Assembly: GCA_963717145.1 (NCBI GenBank)
Contig: OY970325.1
Coordinates: 4,672,001-4,736,000 of the forward strand
Source: an uncultured Armatimonadetes bacterium
GTDB taxonomy: Bacteria > Armatimonadota > UBA5829 > DTJY01
Direction: 5' to 3'
DNA: 64,000 bases
The notes under the pieces were generated by a model that was given only the letters and a program-made list of their open reading frames with translations, made no database searches and was not told the origin of the DNA. This document shows positions 18,499-30,023 of the stretch, piece by piece (positions within the stretch are counted from its first letter, which is position 1; each line of letters opens with the position of its first letter). The translations under genes and the position numbers were made by a program.

Positions 18499-20553
18499 TT
18501 ACCGCTTCACCGCCGTTACGCTTCCGTCCATCGATGGCACGATCACCAGGTCTTTCCAGACCGTCGGCGATGCGAGCAGGTATCCGTTGCCGGTGGAGTA
18601 GGTCCATTCCTTCTTGCTGCTCTCCGCGTCGAAGCAGACGAGGTTCCCCCGCAGGCCCGAGACATAGAGCTTGCCGTCCGCAAATACCGGCCAGTTGTCG
18701 TAGCAGGTCTGGCCGATGGTGGTGCGCCATATCTCGCTGCCGTCCATCATCTTCATGCAGTAGAGATTGCCGCCGACGTCCGGGAGATAGAACCTGTCGC
18801 CGACGACAGTTGGGCTGTTGAAGATGGCAAGCGACTTCCCGCCCGGGTTCTTGCGCTTCCATACCTCGTGGCCGGTCTTTACGTCGATGCAGAAGACATC
18901 CGGCGCGCCCGGCTCAGGTCCCTGGTAGGCGGTCACTACGATGCGCTCGCCGTCCGTCGACGGATCGGAGTTCGATGGCGACCAGAAAAGGGTGTCGCCG
19001 GTCTTGTACTGCCACACGTCCTTGCCGGTCGTGGCATTGACGGCATGGAAATGGCCATCCCATGCGCCGAAGTAAACCACGCCGTTCATATAGATCGGCA
19101 CGGTCTGGCACATACGCTTCATCTCATAGCGCCAGGCCAGATCGCCGGTCTTCGCATCGATCGCGTAGAACGAACAGTCGCCGGAGCCGATGAAGACCTT
19201 GCCCTCGCCCACGGCCGGTGAGCCGACCACCGGGCCGCCGGTCTTGTACTCCCACGCCTGGTCGCCGGTATCCGCCTTGAGGGCGAGGATCTTCCCGTTC
19301 ACCGATCCCAGGTAGACAAGGCCATCTGCGACTGAGGGATAGCTGATCGTGTCCGCGCCGACATTCTTCTTCCAGACCTCTTTGCCCGTGCGCGCATCGA
19401 GGCAGTACACGTCCCCGCCCCAGCAGCCGAAGTAGAGCCTGTCTCCATCCGCCCGGATCGGACGCTCCACCGCGCCTGAGACGTTGATGTGCCAGACTTC
19501 CTTGTCGCCCGCCCCAATGCGAATCCACGCCGCGTCCGACCACTCCATGCCATCCTTGTCGGTCGCACGGACTGAGACCAGATGCCGGCCGGGTGTGCCG
19601 CTGAAGTCCGACTTCGCCTCGTAGATGCCGGACTTGCCAGGCTCAATGGGCTTGTAGTCGCCGTCGATAGCGTACTCCACCTTCTCCATCGGGGCACCTA
19701 CCCGCGCTCGAACCTGCACCTGGCCCTCTACGACAGCGCCGGTCTTCGGGCTGAGGAGGAGGACGGGATTGGCGGTCGGCTTGAGGGAGATGGTTCCATC
19801 GGCCTTCTTCTCGCCGCCCGTGATCTTCGTGTAGCTCCTGATCTCGTCGCCGGTGACCTCGAGAATCCGGTAGCCGCCGGGAGCATTCATGACGCCCTTG
19901 ACTTCCTGGAAGAGCACGCCGTTCTTCTTCCAGGTCTTGAAGTTGTGGCCGTGCCCCACGAGGATGAGCTTCACATTGTACGGCCTGATCGTGCGGAGAA
20001 GCTGGTCCTCGTTCGGTATGAATCCGGGCATGTGGTGATAGAAGAGCACCGAGGGGGTATCCTTGCCGGCCTTCTTCAGGTCGCTGTTCAGCCACGTGAG
20101 CATGTGCTGGTCGAGGATGCCGTAATGCTCCAGCCAGAGGGCGCTGTCCAGGCCGACGAAGTGCACGCCGCCATGATCGAAGCTGTAGTACGGGTCCTGG
20201 CCGAGGAACTTCGTGGGGCCGAACTTGCCCCAGTTCGACCACTTGGTCTCGTGGTTGCCGGAGACGTTGTAGACGGGGATGCCGAAGCTCTCCATCGCGG
20301 CCTTATAGTGCTGGAACTCCGCCTCGAAGCCGACCTCTACGAGATCGCCCGTACAGACGACCAGCGCCGGCTTTGGGTTCATCGCGTTTGTCTCGGAGGC
20401 GATGGCCTTCAGGTTGTCCGTGTACTTCCCTTGCGAGTTGACATGCACATCCGAGATGTGGATGAACGTGAACGGCTCAGCGGCAGTGGCACACACGCAC
20501 ATTGCCACGAGCGCGACGACAAACAATGCAGTCAGCCTGTTGTGCGATCGCAT
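18499..20553 (-). CDS. Metallophosphoesterase fused to PQQ-like beta-propeller repeats
   Basis: HISDVH, TGDL, GNHE, GHGH; repeated ...DA.TG...W propeller blades. Confidence 0.9.
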   Translation of the reverse strand: MRSHNRLTALFVVALVAMCVCATAAEPFTFIHISDVHVNSQGKYTDNLKAIASETNAMNPKPALVVCTGDLVEVGFEAEFQHYKAAMESFGIPVYNVSGNHETKWSNWGKFGPTKFLGQDPYYSFDHGGVHFVGLDSALWLEHYGILDQHMLTWLNSDLKKAGKDTPSVLFYHHMPGFIPNEDQLLRTIRPYNVKLILVGHGHNFKTWKKNGVLFQEVKGVMNAPGGYRILEVTGDEIRSYTKITGGEKKADGTISLKPTANPVLLLSPKTGAVVEGQVQVRARVGAPMEKVEYAIDGDYKPIEPGKSGIYEAKSDFSGTPGRHLVSVRATDKDGMEWSDAAWIRIGAGDKEVWHINVSGAVERPIRADGDRLYFGCWGGDVYCLDARTGKEVWKKNVGADTISYPSVADGLVYLGSVNGKILALKADTGDQAWEYKTGGPVVGSPAVGEGKVFIGSGDCSFYAIDAKTGDLAWRYEMKRMCQTVPIYMNGVVYFGAWDGHFHAVNATTGKDVWQYKTGDTLFWSPSNSDPSTDGERIVVTAYQGPEPGAPDVFCIDVKTGHEVWKRKNPGGKSLAIFNSPTVVGDRFYLPDVGGNLYCMKMMDGSEIWRTTIGQTCYDNWPVFADGKLYVSGLRGNLVCFDAESSKKEWTYSTGNGYLLASPTVWKDLVIVPSMDGSVTAVKR

Positions 20554-20778
20554 GAATCTTCCCTTCCCACTATCTGATCGAGTTATCCCCTACCAGATAC
20601 GCATTCACTGACTGCCCATACCAATCCTCCGTCGTGCTGATCAGCAGGCGCTTATGACTTGAGTTACGTAAACTGTCAGCAACAAAAAGATGGTTAAACC
20701 GAGTCGGTTTTGCACAATAAGACAGTTGACTGACGCCCTTGGCCGCGAGGGATTGTACGTGAGAGGAGGAAGGTCGAA

Positions 20779-21726
20779 ATGAGATTAGCGACGAGATTGT
20801 GTACATTGGTTCTAGTCTTGCTGATTGGAGTGACGCCCGCGTGGTGCGCTCTGAGTCTGAATGCCACGATGCTGGTGGCGCCACCCGGCTATGATGTGCA
20901 TCCGACAGGGCTGAACATCAACGACCAGGCGTGTGGATACCTTACCGATGTTATGGGGGAACACACCGCCTTCATGTGGTCGAGCGCGACCGGAATGGTC
21001 CTGTTGGGAGACAGCCGGGCATACGGGATCAACAGGTTCAAGGCAGTTGTCGGAGAAACCATCTTCACGGATATCATTTCCGTATCCATCGCCACCGTCT
21101 GGACCAGAGGATCCCAAACCTGGCTAACCGACCAGCCGAGTGTGGCCAGGGCGATCTCGACCCTTGGCCAAGTGGCGGGTGAGTTGAACTCCATGCCCGT
21201 CCTGTGGGAATACCGGAACACGATACCGCTATTCCTGATCCCCGGCACCGGAAGCGCGAACGCTCTCAATGAGTACCGGGTCGTAGTCGGTGGGTTCAAC
21301 GGAGACGCGTTCAGATGGAAGAACGGCGTCGCAACGAACCTCGGCTTGGGAGAGGCCTTCGCCGTCGACAATCTGGGCAATATCGCCGGTATGGCGCTGG
21401 TTGGCTCGGTTGAGCGGCCGGCCCGATGGAAGGCCGGCACGTACACCAGGCTGCTCCTGGGAACGCTCGGCATATCCGGCAGGGTCTTGGCGATGAATAA
21501 TCGCAATTGCATGGTCGGGTATGGCGAGGACCTCCTGGGGGACAAGAGCGCGGCTCTCTGGATCGGTGGCGGACTCACGTCGCTGAACATGATCAGCGTG
21601 GGAGTGCCGGTGGGCTGGACGTTGACGAAGGCGGTTGCGATCAACGATCAGAGCAAGCTGCATATTCTCTGCGAAGCCGAGGATATCGGCGGCAATACCG
21701 CCGCATTCCTGCTCAAGCAGCCATAA
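20779..21726 (+). CDS. Extracellular HAF-repeat protein
   Basis: Signal peptide; repeats such as AYGIN..VVG, ANALNE..VVG...AFRW. Confidence 0.75.
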   Translation: MRLATRLCTLVLVLLIGVTPAWCALSLNATMLVAPPGYDVHPTGLNINDQACGYLTDVMGEHTAFMWSSATGMVLLGDSRAYGINRFKAVVGETIFTDIISVSIATVWTRGSQTWLTDQPSVARAISTLGQVAGELNSMPVLWEYRNTIPLFLIPGTGSANALNEYRVVVGGFNGDAFRWKNGVATNLGLGEAFAVDNLGNIAGMALVGSVERPARWKAGTYTRLLLGTLGISGRVLAMNNRNCMVGYGEDLLGDKSAALWIGGGLTSLNMISVGVPVGWTLTKAVAINDQSKLHILCEAEDIGGNTAAFLLKQP

Positions 21727-21744
21727 GGCAGGATATCAACAACA

Positions 21745-21848
21745 CGTAGGAGGGATTTTCCGGGATGGTTTGTGCCCGGTAATCCCGAAGGTCGGCGTAT
21801 GCGTTCGGGATTACCGGGCACAAACCATCCCGGAAAATCCCTCCTACG
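21745..21848. repeat. Long perfect GTAG-type inverted repeat (family H) between convergent genes
   Basis: CGTAGGAGGGATTTTCCGGGATGGTTTGTGCCCGGTAATCCCGAA and its exact reverse complement. Confidence 0.88.
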
Positions 21849-21852
21849 GTCG

Positions 21853-24800
21853 TTAGTTGCGCATCAGGTAATCCACCAGGTTCGCCGTGAACCGTTTCGC
21901 GAGTGGATCGTCCGCGAGGAGCATGCTGCTGATGATCAGCCGTCCCTCGCCGACCTTCATCTCGACCACCGGCCATGACGTGTACCTGGCGATCTGCTCT
22001 TTCCCCTGTCTGAGGTAGCTGTGCGGCTGAATGTGCTGGGCGAGCTTCGTGATCCCCGGCGCGTCCGGCATCTGGTACGACTTGGAACAGACCCTCACGA
22101 GTCCGCCCGGCGACGCGTTCCACCAGTGCATGTCCATCGGATCCATGCCTGACAGAAGGTCGGGCGCGTACACCTCGACGAAGTCGCCTGACGTGTCGAT
22201 CATCGTCCAGTCCTGACCGGTGATCGCCTTGATCGCCTCGACGTTCGGTTCGATCATCAGTACCTTCGCCCCGGACGCCAGGACGTTCTTGACCAGTTCC
22301 GGATTTCCGATCCCTGAGCCGACAACAAACAGGGCTCCTCTTCGACCAGCATCGCGGTCACATCCGGCGCCTGCTGGCATCCGATCCCGAGTTGCTGAAG
22401 ATACTGAGCGACCGGAAGGTCGACGCCGATCGTGTAGACAGTGCCCTTCCCCCGCTCATACCAATTGCTCGTCGTGCAGATCAGCGGATAGTCGTTCTTC
22501 GAGATCACCTCGTCGCCCTGAAGCAGTTGGAGTTCGAGCGTCATCGGCGCGCGCTCGGTATAGAGCTTCGCCGGGACGATGAACTCGACCGACTGCCTGC
22601 TCTTGCCGTCATACGCGCATCCGGGGAATGGGACCGAGCCGGATGTCCCCCAGTCGGGGCCCTTGCCGAAGATGTGCCACCTCATCGTCAGGTTGTCGAT
22701 CTTGGGCCGGTCCGGGTCATCGTTGACAACGACCACCTCGCCGGTGAACGTCTGGCCCGCCTCGAAATGCCGGTCGTGGAGCGCCAGGGACACGAGCACC
22801 GGCTGATGCGCCTTCTGCACTCCCCAGTAAGCAGGGTAGGGGGCAATCGTCTCGGCATTGTAGACGTCCTTGAACCAACAGCAGTTGGCGAAGAGCATCC
22901 ATCCCGAGAACACCTCGCGATCGCGGCGGATCTTCTCCGCGTACTCCTTGGTGATCTGCCCGTGGGTCTCGAGGAACATATCCGGCCGCTCGTTGAAGGT
23001 CCCGTACTTCCCGACCCACGCTTGCGGGACGACGTGATCGCGGATGTACGACTCGACCGGGTGGCCGGTGTCCTGGTCGGGGTAGCCGGTGGAAGCTTCC
23101 TGGCTGATGATCGGCCGAGTCCTGCCCTCCATGCCGCCCTCGATGTGCTGAGCGACGTCAATGTGGAATGGTGAGGCCGAGTACCAGCCGAAGTAGGCGT
23201 GCTTGTCGTCCACATCGCCGTCATCGAGGCCGTTCGGCTTCAGGATCGAGTCGTAGTCGCCCTGATCGCGGACGTACCCGGAGTGCAGGACGACCGGGGT
23301 CTTCGGATCAAGCTGCCTCGCGCCCTTGATGACATCGGAGAACCAGCGGTACTTCTCGGTCTGACGTTCCTTGTCAGGATCGCGGCCTCCTTCGAAGTAG
23401 CTCTCGTTGCTGATCGTCCAGAGCATCAGGCTTGGATGATTGCGATTGGCCTTGACGACCTCCCGGAATTCGTCCCTCCAGACCTCCATCAGCCTGGTGT
23501 CGGGGATCGGGTTGCTGCCCATCAGCACCCACGGCCACGTCTCGCCGACGCTGGTGCCGACGCCCTGCTTGTCGGCGGCGTCCATCCAGATCTTGCTCGG
23601 AGGGCACATGTGGAAGCGAGTCGCCATCTCGTTGCCGTCGTGCATGAGCTTCATGAACCTGTCCGCGAGCGGCTTGTCGTTCGGCATGAGTCCGTGCGGA
23701 GGCATGTCCGCGCCGCGGATGAAGTACGGCTTGCCGTTCAAGTAGAGGCGGTTGCCGTTAGCCCAAAAGACTTTGAACCCGACGGTGATGATCTTCCTGT
23801 CGACCACAATGCCATTAGCCAGCAGTTCCGTCTTCAGTCTGTAGAGATTCGGATGCTCCGGCGACCAGAGCTTCGGTGTGAGTCGCCCGGTGCTTGTCCA
23901 TACCGCCTTGGAGTTGACGGGAGTGCCCCTGGTATCGCGGTACAAGATGTGGGCGGTCGCGGCGTCGACGATCGTGTGCCTGACCTCAAGCTTGCCGCCG
24001 GACTTGCCGTCCACCGTCGTCTCGATCTCCGCTCCGTCGAGCCTCGATTTGAAGTAGATATCTGCGATGCGGTCCTTGCCCGTGACCTCGAGCGAGACCG
24101 GCTGCCAGATCCCCGCCATGCCGTTCTTGAACCACCCGTGCGGGAGGGAGTTCAGCATGTCCTTGGTGATATTGACCGTCACCGCCACCCCGACGCTGTC
24201 CTTCGCGAAGTTTGGGTCCGCCTTGCTCGATCCGACCATCACCGCGAGCAGGTTCTTCTCGCCGAATCGGACGTGAGGCGTCACCTCGACCTCGAACGGG
24301 CCGAACATCCCAACGTGCGAGCCGACCTTCTTCCCGTTCCAGTAGACCTCCGCCATGCTCGCGACAGCGTCGAACTTCAGCACGAGCCGCTTGCCCTTCA
24401 TCGAGGAGGGCACGTCGATCCATTGGCGATACCAGCCGCTTTCGGTCGTCTTGTAGTCGAAGGTGAAGTCCTCACAGCGCTCGATCTCCTTGCGGATGTA
24501 GTTGTGCGAGGTGCCGTTGGCGGTGGTGTAGATCCACCACTCGGTCGGGTTCCAGAACTGCGGAACTCCGAGCACGTGCCAGCCTTGATCAATGACGTTC
24601 GGATCCTCAGCCCATGATGCATTTCCTGGCATGAAGAGCCAGTCGCCGGTAAGATCGATCGTCTGCCGGGGAGTCTTCGCGTCCTCGATCACGACTGCCC
24701 TGTACGCCGCCCGCTGCCGCGAGTGCTTCTCTTCCTGATCGACCCTGGCTTTCTTTATGCCTGCGAGATAGGTCTGAACCGTCTGGTTGGCGAGATTCCA

Positions 24801-25352
24801 CTTCTGAGGTTCGGCCGATGCGGGAGTGATCGTGATCTCGTGGACCATGCAGTTCGGGTAGGCGCTCAGGCCTCCCATGAGCGTCACCGACGCCCTTCCG
24901 CCTCTGCTCGTGACCGGGATTGTCATCGCGCCCCTCTCGCCAGACCGCAGACGCATCGAGCCGAGCGCGGTCTCTCCCTCGATGAGCGGCGTGATGCCCG
25001 TCGAGAAACCGGTGTCCCATGCCGTGACGCTGAAGAGGTAGTTCCCGTCCGGGAGGGCGACGCTGAACGTCGCAGTCGTGATCGCGCGGTCGATGAGCGC
25101 GACGCCGGTGCATCCATCGCCCCGGTCGCGCGCCTGATCGCGGAGGTCCTGGTCCCATCCCAGGCCCTTCTCCGCCGAGTAGACCGATCCGTCGCTCACC
25201 AGCATCCCGTCCGGGACCTTGGTGCTCGAGGGCTGAAATCGGATGACAACTTTGCCGTCCGCCGCCAGCATCTGAGCGGGGGTATCCGCGAGACATGCGC
25301 CGGTCAGAAGCAGCAGTATCGAAAAAAGGGTGAGAATGCGCTCGATCCGCAT
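21853..25352 (-). CDS. Glycoside hydrolase family 2 protein; apparent frameshift near 22340
   Basis: LKFDAV..AEVYWNG...H.G.F.PF, GIWQPV, LWSPEHPNLY, LNGKP, NRNHPSL.LW..NE; the tail continues in ORF 21853-22380. Confidence 0.85.
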
Positions 25353-25470
25353 GGTTCTGTCTCCTTGATGGGCCAATCAGTCCTTGCCCCTTGGGTTGCG
25401 CTCATTGTATACTAGCGACGTACCGTTGAGCAAGATGTAACCTCGATGCCGATCGACCGGAGACACCGAA

Positions 25471-27300
25471 ATGAAAAGAAACCGCCCACTGTGGCTTACC
25501 GTTGTGCTGGTCCTGCCATGCATGCGCGTCCTCGCACAGCAGCCGGCGGATATCCAGGTCACGAAGGACAAGGTGATCTGTTTCGCCCTCTACACAGTGC
25601 ATAACAACACCCTGAAGCTTACCGCCCAGCTCTATCCGCTCGACGATGCCGACCCGCGTGTCGTCCGCCTGGAGGTCAAGCAGGGCGCGGAATGGAAGCA
25701 GATCGCCACCACCCATATCATCAACCCCGGCTGGAACGCCACATTCCGCGTGACCGGCTGGGTCGTGACGAAGGAAGTGCCGTACCGCGTCCGACACGGC
25801 GAGTCGGCCGTCTACGAGGGCATCATCCGCCGGAATCCGGTCGACAAGGACGAGATCGTCGTGGTCGCATTCACCGGCAACTCGATCAACCCCGCGCACG
25901 GCGGCGATGTCTCCAAGCAGGATATCGTCGAGAACGTCAAGCGCCTCAATCCCGATCTCCTGTTCTTCTCGGGCGATCAGGTTTACGATCACAACCGCCA
26001 CTACGCGCGCTGGCTGCAGTTCGGCCGCGATTTCGGCGATGTCATCCGCAACTACCCGACGATCACCATCCCCGACGACCATGATGTCGGCCAGCCGAAC
26101 CTTTGGGGCGCGGGCGGCAAGAAGTCGAACAAGCCCAACGGCGATGACGGCGGCTACGTCAAGCCGGTGGAGTACGTCCAGGAGGTCCAGAGGGCGCAGA
26201 CGAGCCACCTCCCCGATCCCTTCGATCCGACGCCGGTCGAGCAGGGGATCGGCGTCTACTACACGGCGCTGAACTGGGGCGCCATCAGCTTTGCCATCAT
26301 TGAGGACCGCAAGTGGAAGTCGGGCCCGGCCGGCCTTATCGAGCAGAAGGGTCCGCGCCCGGACCACGTCACCGACCCGAACTACGATCCGGAGGACCTC
26401 GACGTAAGTGGCGCGGAATTGCTGGGAGAGCGGCAGTTGAAGTTCCTCCGGCTTTGGGCTCAGGACTGGAAGGGCGCTGAGATGAAAGCGGTCCTCTCCC
26501 AAACGACGTTCTGTGGCGGCGCGACGCTCCATGGAAGCCGCGACTATCGGGTCTTCGCCGATCTCGATTCCAACGGTTGGCCGCACACGGGGCGAAACAA
26601 GGCGCTGGCGGAGATGCGGAAGGGCTTCGCGTTCCACCTCGCAGGCGATCAGCACCTCGGGATGATCGTCCACTACGGAATCGACGACTGGAACGACGCG
26701 GGCTATGGGTTCAGCGTCCCCTCGATCGCCAATCTCTATCCGCGCTGGTGGGAGCCGCTCGAACCGGGGAAGAATCGGGGGATCGGGCAGCCGAAGTACA
26801 CGGGCGAGTTCCTCGATGGATTCACGAACAGGATCACGGTCCTCGCCGCCGCGAACCCCCGCCTCGGTGTAGGAGCGGCTTCCCAGCCGCGATCCGACGG
26901 CCCACTCGACATCCGCTCGGCGGGATTCGGCGTCGTCACGTTCGACAAGACCAAGCGCACGATCGAGATGGAATGCTGGCCGCGAAACGTCGATGTCACC
27001 GATCCGAAGGCGAGGCAGTATCCCGGCTGGCCGCGCACCGTGACTCAGATGGACAACTACGGGCGAGAAGCAGTTGCCTACCTCCCGACGCTCAAGGTCC
27101 GGGGCATGACCGATCCCGTCGTCCAGGTGATCGACGATGCCGGCGAGATCGTCTACACCCTTCGCATCCGGGGCCGGGAGTTCCGCCCGAAGGTCTTCCG
27201 CGAGGGTACGTACACGATCAGGGTCGGCGACAAGGAGTTCAAGGGCATCGAGTCCCTCCCGCCTGGCAAGCCCGGTGAGTTGGCGGTGGATCTACCGTAA
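25471..27300 (+). CDS. PhoD-like (alkaline phosphatase D family) protein
   Basis: FFSGDQVY, IPDDHDVG, IEDRKWKS, LLGERQ, DSNGWP, HLAGDQH. Confidence 0.85.
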   Translation: MKRNRPLWLTVVLVLPCMRVLAQQPADIQVTKDKVICFALYTVHNNTLKLTAQLYPLDDADPRVVRLEVKQGAEWKQIATTHIINPGWNATFRVTGWVVTKEVPYRVRHGESAVYEGIIRRNPVDKDEIVVVAFTGNSINPAHGGDVSKQDIVENVKRLNPDLLFFSGDQVYDHNRHYARWLQFGRDFGDVIRNYPTITIPDDHDVGQPNLWGAGGKKSNKPNGDDGGYVKPVEYVQEVQRAQTSHLPDPFDPTPVEQGIGVYYTALNWGAISFAIIEDRKWKSGPAGLIEQKGPRPDHVTDPNYDPEDLDVSGAELLGERQLKFLRLWAQDWKGAEMKAVLSQTTFCGGATLHGSRDYRVFADLDSNGWPHTGRNKALAEMRKGFAFHLAGDQHLGMIVHYGIDDWNDAGYGFSVPSIANLYPRWWEPLEPGKNRGIGQPKYTGEFLDGFTNRITVLAAANPRLGVGAASQPRSDGPLDIRSAGFGVVTFDKTKRTIEMECWPRNVDVTDPKARQYPGWPRTVTQMDNYGREAVAYLPTLKVRGMTDPVVQVIDDAGEIVYTLRIRGREFRPKVFREGTYTIRVGDKEFKGIESLPPGKPGELAVDLP

Positions 27301-27303
27301 ACG

Positions 27304-27370
27304 GCTGTAGGGGCGTGCCTTGTGCCGCCCGGTACGTGGGTGCGGGCGGCACAAGGCACGCCCCTACAGC
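27304..27370. repeat. GTAG-type REP-like palindrome, family B (GTAGGGGCGYGCCTTGTGCCGCCC)
   Basis: Inverted arms; other copies at 28225-28301 and 61821-61915. Confidence 0.9.
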
Positions 27371-27413
27371 GTTGATCTCCCGTGCCAACCGGTAGGAAAC
27401 AAAGGAGTCTGAA

Positions 27414-29456
27414 ATGACCAAGCTTATCATCAGCCTGTGCATCCTGATGTGCATCCCGGCGACCGCCGACATCACCGCGATCATACCGGAGATGCCCGGG
27501 ATCGACGCCCAGTGGACGTGCGTCCCGCTGGAGAGCCTCGACCTGAGGAACATGTCGCAGGAGTACGGCGAGCCGAAGATCGCCAAGTCGATCATCGACA
27601 AGCCGCTCACCCTCGGCGGGACCGTATTCGAGCGCGGAGTCGGAAGCCATGCCGCGAGCGAGTTGATCATCGACCTGAAGGGAGCGGCGAAGGCGTTCAT
27701 CGCCATAGTCGGCGTTGATGACAACACGCAGGGCAAGGGCTCGGTGATCTTCAGCATCCTCGTCGATGGCAAGATAGTCGCACGGACCGCCGTAATGAAG
27801 GGCGGCGACAAGCCGATCCGACTCGGCGTTCCCCTCGCAGGCGCGAAGACGATGATCCTGACCGTCGAGGACGCCGGCGACAACATCATGTTCGACCATG
27901 CGGACTGGGCCGACGCGTGCATATTCCTCCCCGGAGACACGGACAAGGCGTTGTACCCGCAGTCGATCGCGCATCTCGGGCAGGAGCCGATGGAGATCGC
28001 CCCCGCCGACAACACGACCCTGCGAATCAACTATCCGCGGATCACCGGCGCGACTCCCGGGCGTCCGTTCCTCTTCCGCATCCCCGCGACCGGCATCCCG
28101 CCCCTCCGGTTCTCCGCCAAGGGCCTCCCCGCGGGACTCACTCTCGATCCGAGCACGGGCATCATCACTGGTTCCCTCCAGGAAGCCGGTGAGTGGAACG
28201 TCGGGCTCACCGTCGCCGAATCCTCTTCGCCTGTAGGGGCGCGCCTTGTGCCGCCCGCCGCGGGGTTGCGGGCGGCACAAGGCGCGCCCCTACAGGCGAA
28301 GGGGTCGTCCGCATCCGCCACGCTCACCATCGTCGGGGGCAACCGCAAGGTCGCGCTCACTCCGCCGATGGGCTGGAACTCCTGGTACTGCTGGAGCAGC
28401 CATATCACCGCCGACAAGATGATGGCCCACGCCGACATCATGGTCAAGTCCGGCCTCGCGGGCCACGGATACCAGTACGTGAACATCGACGACTGCTGGG
28501 AGGGCGGGCGCGACTCGACCGGCGAGATCCAGACTAACGAGCGATTCCCCGACATGAAGGCGATGGCCGACTACATCCACGGCCGCGGCCTGAAGTTCGG
28601 CATCTACTCCTCCCCAGGTCCGCAGACGTGCTCCGGATACGAGGGCACCTACCGCCATGAGGTCCAGGACGCGAAGACCTACGCGCGCTGGGGCGTCGAT
28701 TTCTTCAAGCACGACTGGTGCAGCTATGGGAAGATCGCGAAGGACGGCAGCCTTCCCGAACTCCAGAAGCCCTACGCCATCATGCGCTACGCACTCGACG
28801 CGAGCGGCCGGGACATGGTCTACAGCCTCTGCCAGTACGGCATGGGCAACGTCTGGGAGTGGGGCGACCTCGTCGGCGCGAACATGTGGCGCACGACGGG
28901 CGACCTGCTCGATAGCTGGGGGAACATGGCGCGGATCGGCTTCGGCCACGCCGGTCGGGAGAAGTACGCCGGCCCGGGGCATTGGAACGACCCCGACATG
29001 CTCTGCATCGGCAAGGTCGGATTCGGCAACCTGCGCCCGTCGAAGCTCACGCAGAACGAGCAGATCACGCAGATGACGCTCTGGAGTCTGATCGCCGCGC
29101 CGCTGCTCATCGGCGGCGATATCATGGAGATGGACGAGTTCACGCTCGACATCCTGAGCAACGACGAGGTGATCGCGGTCGACCAGGATCCGCTCGGCAA
29201 GGCGGCGAGTCGGATATGGCAGAAAGGCGACCTGGAGGTCTGGGCCCGCCCGCTCGCGGACGGCACGCATGCGGTCGGCCTCTTCAACCGGAGCGCCTAC
29301 AAGGCGAAGGTAACGGTCCGCTGGTCGGATATCGGAATCATCGGCCCACAACCCGTCCGCGACCTCTGGCGTCACAAGGACCTCGGCGTCTTCTCCGATT
29401 CCTTCTCCGCGACCGTCCTCCCGCACGCGGCGTGGATGATCAAGGTGGGGAAGTAA
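27414..29456 (+). CDS. GH27 alpha-galactosidase with NPCBM and Ig-like (He_PIG) domains
   Basis: TPPMGWNSW, NIDDCWE, GLKFGIYSSPG, FFKHDWC, WRTTGD, WNDPDML. Confidence 0.93.
   Translation: MTKLIISLCILMCIPATADITAIIPEMPGIDAQWTCVPLESLDLRNMSQEYGEPKIAKSIIDKPLTLGGTVFERGVGSHAASELIIDLKGAAKAFIAIVGVDDNTQGKGSVIFSILVDGKIVARTAVMKGGDKPIRLGVPLAGAKTMILTVEDAGDNIMFDHADWADACIFLPGDTDKALYPQSIAHLGQEPMEIAPADNTTLRINYPRITGATPGRPFLFRIPATGIPPLRFSAKGLPAGLTLDPSTGIITGSLQEAGEWNVGLTVAESSSPVGARLVPPAAGLRAAQGAPLQAKGSSASATLTIVGGNRKVALTPPMGWNSWYCWSSHITADKMMAHADIMVKSGLAGHGYQYVNIDDCWEGGRDSTGEIQTNERFPDMKAMADYIHGRGLKFGIYSSPGPQTCSGYEGTYRHEVQDAKTYARWGVDFFKHDWCSYGKIAKDGSLPELQKPYAIMRYALDASGRDMVYSLCQYGMGNVWEWGDLVGANMWRTTGDLLDSWGNMARIGFGHAGREKYAGPGHWNDPDMLCIGKVGFGNLRPSKLTQNEQITQMTLWSLIAAPLLIGGDIMEMDEFTLDILSNDEVIAVDQDPLGKAASRIWQKGDLEVWARPLADGTHAVGLFNRSAYKAKVTVRWSDIGIIGPQPVRDLWRHKDLGVFSDSFSATVLPHAAWMIKVGK
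28225..28301. repeat. REP-like family B palindrome in-frame inside the GH27 gene
   Basis: Translated as SSPVGARLVPPAAGLRAAQGAPLQAK. Confidence 0.9.
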
Positions 29457-29484
29457 GGGTGTTGGGTGTTGGGGGGCCGGAAGA

Positions 29485-29535
29485 CCGCTAGCCCTGAGTG
29501 TGCCGGTGAATGACGGCATGTATCGAAGGGCGGCC
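29485..29535. repeat. Single arm of REP-like family F
   Basis: CCTGAGTGTGCCGGTGAATGACGGCATGTATCGAAGGGCGGCC matches the arms at 40066 and 42621. Confidence 0.8.
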
Positions 29536-29562
29536 TCCGCAAGACGAAAGGACGAATAGCGC

Positions 29563-29967
29563 ATGGACTTGGGACTTGGTGTTCTGCAATACGCCTTCCT
29601 TCATAAACCATTGCTGATCGGCGGGAAAGCCATGGAGTACCACGGCCTGCGGAAGGCCGGGGCCGACACCGATCTGGTGATCCATCCGGACGACCATGCG
29701 GCGCTGCTCGCCAGGTATCCCGACAACGTCAAGGATCTGTACGGAGACATCGGCATCTGCGAGTTCGGCTTTGAGATATGGAATCAGATCTGCACATTCG
29801 ACTACGAGTACCTGAGGGCCAACGCGATAGAAGAGCCCGGTTTTCTGGTGGTGTCACTGGAGAGACTGCTGTTCTTGAAGGCGCTTGCCATGCACATACC
29901 AAAGTATCACGATGACCTTGAGATGGTGGTTGGCCTTGTCCTGAAGAGAGCCTACGGGAAGGCATAG
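29563..29967 (+). CDS. Hypothetical protein, possible nucleotidyltransferase fold
   Basis: LLIGGKAM...DTDLVI (GG plus DxD pattern). Confidence 0.55.
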   Translation: MDLGLGVLQYAFLHKPLLIGGKAMEYHGLRKAGADTDLVIHPDDHAALLARYPDNVKDLYGDIGICEFGFEIWNQICTFDYEYLRANAIEEPGFLVVSLERLLFLKALAMHIPKYHDDLEMVVGLVLKRAYGKA

Positions 29968-30023
29968 CCGTCCCATCCGGAGGCCACCCATGACCAACCC
30001 CAAGCGGCCTCGAAGGAGACAGC

